From: Methanococcus maripaludis
GTDB lineage: Archaea > AGJL01 > Methanococci > Methanococcales > Methanococcaceae
Direction of reading: 5' to 3'
DNA: 32,000 bases
NCBI RefSeq assembly: GCF_002945325.1
Contig: NZ_CP026606.1
Location: forward strand, 1,530,001 to 1,562,000
Part shown: in pieces, positions 18,366 to 26,464 of the stretch
Layout of the letters: each line of letters begins with the position of its first letter
Numbering within the stretch: position 1 is the stretch's first letter
Program-made: the position numbers and the translations under genes
Notes under the pieces: model-generated
Told to the model about the DNA's origin: nothing
What the model saw: only the letters and a program-made list of their open reading frames with translations
The model's database searches: none

Positions 18366-19012
18366 ATGACTAAAGAAAAAATGTTAAAAGAGATTGCAGA
18401 AAATCTTGTTGAAATGGAGCCTGAAAATGTTGTAAAACTGTGCAATGAAGCACTTAATTTGGGAATTTTACCTGAAGAAATTATTGACAATGGATTAATT
18501 GCAGGGATGGATGAAGTAGGTAAGCTTTACGAAGAAGAAGAATATTTTGTTCCAGAAGTATTAATCTGTGCAGATGCACTTTATGCCGGGCTTGACGTTG
18601 TAAAACCCCATATTACAACAGAAGACGCAACAAAACCAATAAAAGTTGTTATCGGGGTAGTTCAAGGGGATACTCACGATATAGGTAAAATCTTGTAAAA
18701 ATTATGATGGGTGCATCAGGAATTGAAGTATACGACCTTGGAAGGGATGTTCCGTTAGAACTCTTTGTCGAAAAAGCCGAAGAAATTGGTGCAGATTTTA
18801 TCGGAATGTCAACTTTAATGACAACGACAATGGATGGAATGGAAAAAGTAATCAAAATGCTCGAAGAAAAAGGACTTAGGGATAAATACAAAGTATTTAT
18901 CGGTGGAGGACCTATTTCACAAAGTTTTGCGGATAGAATTGGGGCCGATATATATACAAACACTGCAAACGAAGCAGTAAGGCGCGTAAAAGAAGTTTAC
19001 GAGGGATTGTAA
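18366..19012 (+). pseudogene. MtaC/MtbC-type corrinoid protein gene interrupted by an apparent 1-nt deletion near 18695
   Basis: ORF 18366..18698 (EIAENLVEMEPENVVKLCNEAL...VIGVVQGDTHDIGKIL*) and ORF 18704..19012 in the -1 frame (MMGASGIEVYDLGRDVPLE..IGMSTLMTTTMDGM..VFIGGGPIS). Reading ttg-gta-aaa-att-atg-atg rejoins ...GKILVKIMMGASG.... 18366 has a ggtgagg RBS. Confidence 0.8.
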
Positions 19013-20070
19013 TGGAAATAAAAAAAGATATAATGACTTCTAAAGAAAGAGTTGCAGCATTTTTGGAAGGAAAACCTTTAGATCGAATAGTTGCGATGCC
19101 AATAGTTACTTCAAACACGGCACAGCTAATTGGTAAATCTCAAAAAGATTTCCAGTTAAATTCTGAAGTGATGACAAAATCACACATTGCAGGTTTTGAG
19201 AAATTTGGATATGATTTGCTTTATCTATTTACAAATTGTTCATATCTTGCAGAAGCAATGGGTCAGAAATTAGTTTATTTTGAAAATGAACCTGCAAGCT
19301 GTAGGGATCCCGTTGTGAAAACACCCGAAGATATTTCAAAAATAAATGTTGCAGAAGGTTACGAAGCAAACTTACCTGTATACTACGAAGCTATCGAAAT
19401 GATTCAAAAAGAAATAGGGGATCAAGTAAATGTTGCAGTCTGTTTTTCAGGGCCTTTTTCAACAGCTTCAACTTTGAGAGGACACGAACAATTCATAAAA
19501 GATACATACAATAACCCCGAATTATGTCACGAATTAATGAAAATGGCAACAGAAAGTGCAAAAAACTTTATAACTGAAGTTGTAAAGCGAGGTGCAATTC
19601 CAATTATTCTTGAACCGCTTTCATCAGGAAGTCTAATAAGTCCAAGATCATTTAAACAGTTTTCAAAACCCTACATAACCGAGCTCGTTGAACACGCACA
19701 CGAGTTGGGAACTATTATTCCACTGCATATCTGTGAAAAAACAACAAAAATAATAGATCAAATGTCAGAAACAGGTGCAGATGTATTGAGTATTGATCTG
19801 TGTGATCTTGAGGTTGCAAAGGAAAAAGTTTCTGGAAAATCTGTAATTCTTGGAAACGTAAGTCCTTCTGATGATCTGCTTTTTGGTCCTGTAGAAAGGA
19901 TTCATGAAACATGTAAAAATTTAATCGAAATAATGGATGGATTCAAACCAGGATTTATTCTTTCAACAGGCTGTGAAACATCTGATAAAGTTCCTATGGA
20001 AAATATTCAAGCTTTGATGGATTCAGCAAGATATTATGGAGTAAATGAAGATTTTCAAAACCAAGTTTAA
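19012..20070 (+). CDS. Methylcobamide:CoM methyltransferase-like (MtaA/MtbA, uroporphyrinogen decarboxylase fold)
   Basis: 352 aa; MTSKERVAAFLEGKPLDRI; zinc ligand motifs PLHICEKTTKI and LSTGCETS; ATG overlaps the preceding stop (taATG). Confidence 0.88.
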   Translation: MEIKKDIMTSKERVAAFLEGKPLDRIVAMPIVTSNTAQLIGKSQKDFQLNSEVMTKSHIAGFEKFGYDLLYLFTNCSYLAEAMGQKLVYFENEPASCRDPVVKTPEDISKINVAEGYEANLPVYYEAIEMIQKEIGDQVNVAVCFSGPFSTASTLRGHEQFIKDTYNNPELCHELMKMATESAKNFITEVVKRGAIPIILEPLSSGSLISPRSFKQFSKPYITELVEHAHELGTIIPLHICEKTTKIIDQMSETGADVLSIDLCDLEVAKEKVSGKSVILGNVSPSDDLLFGPVERIHETCKNLIEIMDGFKPGFILSTGCETSDKVPMENIQALMDSARYYGVNEDFQNQV

Positions 20071-20143
20071 TAATTAATAAAAAATTCCTTTTTTCTTTTT
20101 AATTTAAAATTTAAAAAAGCAGAAAAATAATATTTTAATAAGA

Positions 20144-21418
20144 TTAGAGATCTCTTGGATCAACAATTTCTCCTTTAACAGCACATGCTGCAGCAGTAAT
20201 TGGTGATGCAAGGTATACGTCTGATTCTAACGAACCTTCTCTTCCTCTGAAGTTTCTGTTTGATGTTGCAATTCCAACTTCTCCAGGGCCTAAGAGTCCG
20301 TATAATGCACCCATACATGCAGAACATGATGGATTTGTTACAACACAGCCGTACTGGTAGAATTTTTTAATTAATCCTTCATCAATAGCTTCAAGCATAA
20401 TGCTTCTTGATGCAGGGGTTACAACGACTCTGATATCTTTTGAAATTCCGCCGTGTTTTTCAATGACGTTTAAAGCAGCTCTCAAATCTTCAAGTCTTCC
20501 GTTTGTACATGAACCAATAAATACTTGATCAATTGGAGTTCCTGCAACTTCTCTTACTGCTTTTACATTGTCCACGTTGTGCGGGCATGCCATAACGGGT
20601 TCAAGGTTGCTTACATCGATTTCGAATTTTTCTTCAAATTCTGCATCTTTATCTCCAAGAACTAATTCGAATGGTTTTGCGGTGTTGTTAGCTTCCATTG
20701 CATTTTTTACATAATTAATTGTTTTGTCGTCAGGAGCAATCAATCCTGCTTTTCCGCCCATTTCGATAGCCATGTTTGACATTGTCATTCTTGATGCAAT
20801 AGTCATGTTATCCACTGTGTTTCCGGCAAACTGTGCAGCTTTGTATGTCGCACCATCAGCTCCAACCATTCCAATAATGCTCAAAATTACATCTTTTGAC
20901 ATTACTTCTGGTTTTAATTCTCCCGTGATATTAAAGTAAAGTGTTTCGGGAACTTTAAACCATAATTCGCCAGTTGCAAATGCAGCAGCCATGTCGGTAC
21001 TTCCAATTCCTGTTGCAAATGCACCAAATGCACCGTACGTACAGGTGTGGCTGTCTGCACCAACTACAACAGTTCCTGGAACTATGTGACCTTTTTCAGG
21101 CAATACCTGGTGGCAAACTCCTTCTCTAATATCATAGAAGTGTTTGATATTTTGTTCTTTTACAAAGTTTCTCATTAATATATGATTTTCAGCAGCGTTG
21201 ATGCTATCAGCAGGTATCTGGTGGTCGAATGGAATCACAATCTTTTCATTGTCCCAAACTTTTGAAATACCTTCTTTTTTTAATGTATTTACTGAAAGCG
21301 GGCCTGTAATATCGTGGACCATCGCGGTTTCTACTTTAGCCATAACGATGTCTCCAGGTGAAACCTCTGAGTTACCTGAAGCTTTTGCCAAAATTTTTTC
21401 AGCTAGGGTCATTGCCAT
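20144..21418 (-). CDS. leuC: 3-isopropylmalate dehydratase-family large subunit (LeuC; homoaconitase large subunit is the alternative)
   Basis: [48 protein letters not shown]: aconitase-family 4Fe-4S ligands. ATG at 21418 follows ggaggta. LeuC versus HacA cannot be settled by eye. Confidence 0.8.
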   Translation of the reverse strand: MAMTLAEKILAKASGNSEVSPGDIVMAKVETAMVHDITGPLSVNTLKKEGISKVWDNEKIVIPFDHQIPADSINAAENHILMRNFVKEQNIKHFYDIREGVCHQVLPEKGHIVPGTVVVGADSHTCTYGAFGAFATGIGSTDMAAAFATGELWFKVPETLYFNITGELKPEVMSKDVILSIIGMVGADGATYKAAQFAGNTVDNMTIASRMTMSNMAIEMGGKAGLIAPDDKTINYVKNAMEANNTAKPFELVLGDKDAEFEEKFEIDVSNLEPVMACPHNVDNVKAVREVAGTPIDQVFIGSCTNGRLEDLRAALNVIEKHGGISKDIRVVVTPASRSIMLEAIDEGLIKKFYQYGCVVTNPSCSACMGALYGLLGPGEVGIATSNRNFRGREGSLESDVYLASPITAAACAVKGEIVDPRDL

Positions 21419-21549
21419 GTTTATACCTCCATATAGCACCATATGACAAATAAGACGTACTTACTTGGAAAGTATTATATAGCAGAACTATTTATTTATT
21501 TCTACGAATTAGAATTAGCAGTTGTTTTTTTATTATGCGAGGTGCGAAT

Positions 21550-21768
21550 ATGATGGATACACAAAGACCATTAGACGCTTTAGGTAAATCAATTAACACA
21601 AACGTAACAGTTTACTTAAAAGATGGTAAAGTTGTTAAAGGAAGATTAAAAGCATACGACTTACACATGAACGTTGCTTTAGAAAATGCTAAAATTGAAA
21701 ACGATGAAGAAAAAGAATTCCCAATGCTGGTTGTAAGGGGAGACAACGTACTCTACGTTTCATTATAA
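21550..21768 (+). CDS. Sm-like (Lsm) RNA-binding protein
   Basis: RPLDALGKSINTNVTVYLKDGKVVKGRLKAYDLHMNVALENA...VVRGDNVLYVSL: Sm1 and Sm2 motifs; gaggtg RBS before ATG 21550. Confidence 0.95.
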   Translation: MMDTQRPLDALGKSINTNVTVYLKDGKVVKGRLKAYDLHMNVALENAKIENDEEKEFPMLVVRGDNVLYVSL

Positions 21769-21844
21769 TTCCTTTGATTCAACAGTTAATTTTTTATGTG
21801 ATCTCGATATATGGAATAAGGTAAAGATAAACACGGTGAAGTAA

Positions 21845-22039
21845 ATGACAAAAGGAACACCATCCCAAGGTAAACACAATAAAGGTTCAAACCATATTGT
21901 ATGCAGAAGATGTGGAAGAAGAGCATTCCACGTAAGAAAAAAAGTATGTGCAGCATGCGGATTTGGTAGAAGCTCAAAAATCAAAAGATTTGCATGGCAA
22001 TGGAAAAAAGTGACCGGAAAAGGAAATAGAGTAAAATAA
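21845..22039 (+). CDS. rpl37e: 50S ribosomal protein L37e
   Basis: 64 aa; [41 protein letters not shown] zinc knuckles; classical Lsm neighbour. Confidence 0.97.
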   Translation: MTKGTPSQGKHNKGSNHIVCRRCGRRAFHVRKKVCAACGFGRSSKIKRFAWQWKKVTGKGNRVK

Positions 22040-22213
22040 CATACCCACTTTCTTTTTTATTACTTAAAATAATTATCTAAACCATCTTTTTTATTACTCG
22101 TTTAAACTCAATTTTTGTAACACTTATATACCAGTTCAATTTAGTTATTCTATCGATATTTATCAACATTCTACGAATAGTATATAATCTATTAATTTGA
22201 TTTTGTGATAATC

Positions 22214-23593
22214 ATGTGTGGTATCTTTGGAATTTATTCTCATGAAAAAAGTAACATTGTAAAAAAAGTGTACTATGGTCTTTACGCACTTCAACACAGG
22301 GGGCAAGAGGGTGCTGGAATTGCTGTTGGGAACGGTAAAGAAATAGGATTCTATAAGGGATTGGGATTGGTTCCAGAAGTATTTTCAAACAAGGAATTAC
22401 AAAATTTGTACGGGCACATCGGCGTTGGCCATGTAAGGTACTCTACAACCGGCAGAAATACAATTGAGAACTGTCAGCCATTTGTTGTAAACAGTTCTTT
22501 TGGAAAAATTGCAATTACCCACAATGGAGATATTGTAAATTCAAAAGAATTAAAACATGAACTCGAAAAAAAGGGACATATCTTTGTTTCTACAACAGAT
22601 TCCGAAGTTATTGCTCAACTTCTGGTTCGAGAACTTTTAAAAAATGATGACATTATTACTGCAGTTACAAACGTGACGCAAAAATTAAACGGTGCTTACT
22701 CTCTTTTAATTATCTATGACGATACATTGATTGCAATAAGGGATCCAAACGGATTTAAGCCGTTATGCATTGGAAAAGATGATGGAGCATACTATTTTAG
22801 TTCTGAAAGCTGTGCTCTTGACATTGTTGATGTTGAATTTGAAAGGGACGTTGCCCCTGGAGAAATGGTTGTTGTAGACCAAAATGGACTTAACACCTAC
22901 AAACTACCAAATGCAAAAGAAAAAGCATCTTCTTGTATGTTTGAATACGTTTATTTTGCAAGACCTGATTCCGTAATTGATGGGGTAAGCGTTTACGAAG
23001 TAAGAAGAAATATTGGAAAAATTTTAGCAAGGGAAACTCCTGAAGAAGTCGATATTGTATCCCCAGTTCCTGATTCAGGAATTATTTTTTCACAAGGATA
23101 CACCGAAGAAGCAGAAGTTCCTTACTACGAAGCTTTAATTAAAAATAGGTATATTGGAAGAACATTTATCCTTCCAACGCAGGAAGAACGAGATCTTGCG
23201 GTAAGATTGAAGTTAAACCCTGTAAAATACCTTTTAAAAGATAAAAAGGTCATGTTGATTGACGACAGTATCGTTCGTGGAACTACATCTGGAAAAATAA
23301 TGAAGATGGCTAAAAAAGCGGGTGCAAAAGAGGTTCACTTAAGAATTGGATCCCCAAGAATTGTTTCACCATGTTTTTATGGAATAGACATGGCTACAAC
23401 AAAGGAATTAATTGCAAATTCAAAAACTGACGAAGAAATAGCTGAAATGATTGGCGCAGATTCTGTAGCATACTTAAGTATTGAAGGATTAGTCGAAGCA
23501 ATTGGAAGAGATGACCTTTGTTTAGCATGTTTAAACGAAGAATATCCAACAGATGTTTCATGTAAATTTGAATGCGGAAATTGCAAAAAATAA
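22214..23593 (+). CDS. purF: Amidophosphoribosyltransferase
   Basis: MCGIFGIYSHE Ntn catalytic Cys; GHVRYSTTG; LIDDSIVRGTT PRPP loop. ATG 22214 places Cys at position 2. Confidence 0.96.
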   Translation: MCGIFGIYSHEKSNIVKKVYYGLYALQHRGQEGAGIAVGNGKEIGFYKGLGLVPEVFSNKELQNLYGHIGVGHVRYSTTGRNTIENCQPFVVNSSFGKIAITHNGDIVNSKELKHELEKKGHIFVSTTDSEVIAQLLVRELLKNDDIITAVTNVTQKLNGAYSLLIIYDDTLIAIRDPNGFKPLCIGKDDGAYYFSSESCALDIVDVEFERDVAPGEMVVVDQNGLNTYKLPNAKEKASSCMFEYVYFARPDSVIDGVSVYEVRRNIGKILARETPEEVDIVSPVPDSGIIFSQGYTEEAEVPYYEALIKNRYIGRTFILPTQEERDLAVRLKLNPVKYLLKDKKVMLIDDSIVRGTTSGKIMKMAKKAGAKEVHLRIGSPRIVSPCFYGIDMATTKELIANSKTDEEIAEMIGADSVAYLSIEGLVEAIGRDDLCLACLNEEYPTDVSCKFECGNCKK

Positions 23594-23643
23594 AATTTTA
23601 ATTTCTATTTTTTTAATATTTTAAAAATTTAAAAAAAGAGTAA

Positions 23644-24432
23644 TTATTTCTTAAATTTTGAAAAAATGCTTCTTTTTAATTTTTCAAAGAAACTTTCATT
23701 ATAAATTTCTTCAATTTTCCCAATATCAACGTATGATCCTGTAACTTTTAGTGCAAGTTCAGTATATGCTTTTGAAGAAGGGCATCTGGGATTGTATTCA
23801 ATTACATCCATTTTTTTAAGGGTTGAATTTCTGATATTTTCATCTTCTGGGATCAATCCAACAATTTTTTCTTCCAAAATCATTTCAATTTCGTCAGGTC
23901 CCATTTCACCGAAATCTTTTCCAGTTCTATTTAATACAATTCCCATTACATTGGTTCCTGCCATTTCACTGCTTTCTTTAATTTTCATCGCATCAGCAAT
24001 TGAAAAAAGTTCAGGAGTCACCACAAGTAGGATTTTATCTGCAATTGCAAGGTGAATTGCCATGTCTTTGTTCAAACCTGCTGGAGCATCAATAATTACG
24101 TAATCGTATTCATCAGCAATTTCATTTATTACATCAGGGAATAAATCGAGGTCTGATTTTTTGTAGCCTGCAATAGAAAGGCTTGCTGGGAGTACAAATG
24201 CACCAGTTCTATGTTCGTAAATTGCATCTCTTACAGAACACTCTTCTGCGAGAACTTCATGAATGGAGGGTCTCTTTTTTTCAAAATCAAATATTAGCCC
24301 CAAATTGGCCATTGAGATATCCCCATCAATTACAATAGTTTTTTTGCCGAGTTTGGAAAGCGCAACCGCTAAATTTGCAGATGTTGTCGTTTTTCCAACT
24401 CCACCTTTTCCAGAAGCTACCGTAATAATCAT
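23644..24432 (-). CDS. minD: MinD/ParA family P-loop ATPase
   Basis: MIITVASGKGGVGKTTTSANLAVAL deviant Walker A; YDYVIIDAPAG. Confidence 0.93.
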   Translation of the reverse strand: MIITVASGKGGVGKTTTSANLAVALSKLGKKTIVIDGDISMANLGLIFDFEKKRPSIHEVLAEECSVRDAIYEHRTGAFVLPASLSIAGYKKSDLDLFPDVINEIADEYDYVIIDAPAGLNKDMAIHLAIADKILLVVTPELFSIADAMKIKESSEMAGTNVMGIVLNRTGKDFGEMGPDEIEMILEEKIVGLIPEDENIRNSTLKKMDVIEYNPRCPSSKAYTELALKVTGSYVDIGKIEEIYNESFFEKLKRSIFSKFKK

Positions 24433-24584
24433 GAAATCACCAAATAAAACAAAATAAATCGTGTAATTAACTACTTATTATTTAATTTAAAGTATTTGTA
24501 TTTAGTTATTTGTAACGGAAAAAAGTATTTAATCAAACAGTTACTATTCAATAGAAAGTCAAGTTAATAATCAGGTTATAAAAA

Positions 24585-25334
24585 ATGGAAGAATTAATTC
24601 TTGGAATAGTTCAAGGACTTACCGAATTTTTACCGATCTCAAGTTCTGGACACCTTGCTATATTTACTGCAATTTTTAACAGTACTCCGGATGTCGGTTA
24701 TTTTGCATTTTTACACCTTGCAACGTTTTTGGCGGTTTTAATTTTTGTAAAAGCGGAAGTTTTTGAAATAGTAAATGGAATTACAAAAAAAGAAAAGGAA
24801 TACCTAAACCTTGCATCAAAACTTGTTATATCAACAATCCCTGCAGTTTTTGTCGGACTATTTTTTGGAGATTTTATAGAATCAGTTTTTTCATCAACCT
24901 TATTAATTGGGGTTTTTTTATCAATTACTGGAATATTAATGCTTCTTTCAGATAATTTAAATAAAAACCTAAAAACAATTAAATCTATTCCCTATCTTGA
25001 TGCACTTATTATCGGAGTATTTCAAGCCTTTTCAGTGCTTCCAGGAATTTCAAGAAGCGGAACAACACTTTTTGCAGCGCTTTTTTTAGGTATAAACAAA
25101 GAAGATGCTGTAAAATATTCATTTTTAATGAGTCTTCCAGTAACCTTTGGTGCCGGGATATTAGAACTTCAAAAAATAACTTTTTCATCAGAACAGGTAC
25201 TTGGATTTGTTATTTCATTTTTAACCGGACTTTTAGGGTTATATCTGGTTAAAAAAATGGTAATTGGTGGAAAACTTAAAATTTTTGGATATTACTGCTT
25301 TTTAGCGTCATTTTTTGTAATAATGTTTCTATAG
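24585..25334 (+). CDS. uppP: Undecaprenyl-diphosphatase-like (UppP/BacA) membrane protein
   Basis: [21 protein letters not shown] and [22 protein letters not shown]: both UppP signature motifs. Confidence 0.94.
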   Translation: MEELILGIVQGLTEFLPISSSGHLAIFTAIFNSTPDVGYFAFLHLATFLAVLIFVKAEVFEIVNGITKKEKEYLNLASKLVISTIPAVFVGLFFGDFIESVFSSTLLIGVFLSITGILMLLSDNLNKNLKTIKSIPYLDALIIGVFQAFSVLPGISRSGTTLFAALFLGINKEDAVKYSFLMSLPVTFGAGILELQKITFSSEQVLGFVISFLTGLLGLYLVKKMVIGGKLKIFGYYCFLASFFVIMFL

Positions 25335-25349
25335 AATAATTGATAAAAA

Positions 25350-25730
25350 TTGAGGGATATTTTGAAAAAAGAATTGATATTACTTGGTATTTTAATTTCG
25401 ATAGTATTTGCAGGATGTGTTGATCAAAACCCTGAAGAATATTATTTAGAAGGTGTTTTACAGTACGATGCTGGAAATTATACTGAATCGATAGATTTAT
25501 TTGAAAAAGCAATTCAATTGGACCCCGAAGAATCGAAATATTGGCTCATGAAGGGAAAAGCGCTCTATAATTTGGAAAGATACGAAGAAGCAGTTGATTG
25601 CTACAATTATGTCATAAATGTAATTGAAGATGAATACAATAAAGATGTTTGGGCTGCAAAAGCAGACGCTTTAAGGTATATTGAAGGAAAAGAAGTCGAA
25701 GCAGAAATCGCTGAAGCAAGAGCAAAATAG
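25350..25730 (+). CDS. TPR-repeat lipoprotein
   Basis: Signal peptide and lipobox (IVFAGCVDQ); TPR units YYLEGVLQYDAGNYTESIDLFEKAIQLDPEESKYWLMKGKALYNLERYEEAVDCY. Confidence 0.85.
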   Translation: MRDILKKELILLGILISIVFAGCVDQNPEEYYLEGVLQYDAGNYTESIDLFEKAIQLDPEESKYWLMKGKALYNLERYEEAVDCYNYVINVIEDEYNKDVWAAKADALRYIEGKEVEAEIAEARAK

Positions 25731-25751
25731 ATCATAAATAGAAATCTAAAA

Positions 25752-26462
25752 TTAAAGGAATTTTTCAATTTTTGAAAGATCTGGAAATTTTAAAACTTCT
25801 TCCCCAATAATAATTGGAAAAATATCTTCTTTTTTAACTTTTTTTAAGTAGGGCGACATGAAGTTGCTTTCAAGTTCGTTTATCTTGACACCTGACGCAA
25901 TGTGTGAAAATGCAGGTGCTACAAGTATTTTAAAATCATTTTGAACGATTTCAAGATAGCTTGGAAATCTCTGCTTATTTATTTCTAAAACGGGGTGCTC
26001 ATGACCCATGATTAAAAGATCAAAGTTAAACTCAACATCAAATGGTTTATCCCCATGGACCATTAAAATCTTATCCTCAAGCAAATAATCTAAAATTTTA
26101 AAATTCGTATTTTCTTTTAGTATGTATTCGAGCATTATGTCATGATTTCCGCGAATTACGATTATTTCATAATTTGTTAAAAGAGAATTCAATTCTTTAA
26201 TGGTTTCATAAACTTTATATGGAACTTTTTGAAAGTGGTGGAGAAAATCTCCTAAGAAAACTAATTTTTCAGGTTTGAATTCAACTATTAAATTTTTAAT
26301 TCGTTTCAGAAGTTCTTTTTTTTCATTCAAGGGGAATAAAACACCGGTTCGTCGAATAAATTCTTCCATTCCAACGTGGACATCTGCAAGTATTAAAATT
26401 TTATTTTCTTCTAAAAATACTGCATTATCTTTAAACTGGATTTCATGCCCATTTATTTCCAT
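25752..26462 (-). CDS. Metallophosphoesterase (calcineurin-like), helicase-associated
   Basis: ILADVHVG, FLGDFLHHF, IIVIRGNHD, LMVHGDKP, LIMGHEHP: all metallophosphoesterase metal-binding motifs; 2 nt downstream of the helicase stop. Confidence 0.92.
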   Translation of the reverse strand: MEINGHEIQFKDNAVFLEENKILILADVHVGMEEFIRRTGVLFPLNEKKELLKRIKNLIVEFKPEKLVFLGDFLHHFQKVPYKVYETIKELNSLLTNYEIIVIRGNHDIMLEYILKENTNFKILDYLLEDKILMVHGDKPFDVEFNFDLLIMGHEHPVLEINKQRFPSYLEIVQNDFKILVAPAFSHIASGVKINELESNFMSPYLKKVKKEDIFPIIIGEEVLKFPDLSKIEKFL

Positions 26463-26464
26463 AA

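Noticed and set aside
18681-18715. Programmed -1 frameshifting or stop-codon recoding (selenocysteine/pyrrolysine) in the corrinoid gene
   Set aside because: Stop is TAA, not TGA or TAG, and the in-frame codons ggt-aaa-atc-ttg-taa contain no canonical slippery heptamer. A simple indel is more economical, though not proven.
21763-21984. Minus-strand ORFs (73 and 63 aa) overlapping rpl37e
   Set aside because: Antisense shadows of a strongly recognisable L37e coding sequence; no RBS or family signal.
25276-25512. 78-aa minus-strand ORF across the uppP / TPR lipoprotein junction
   Set aside because: Overlaps two well-supported plus-strand genes and has a low-complexity composition typical of a shadow ORF.
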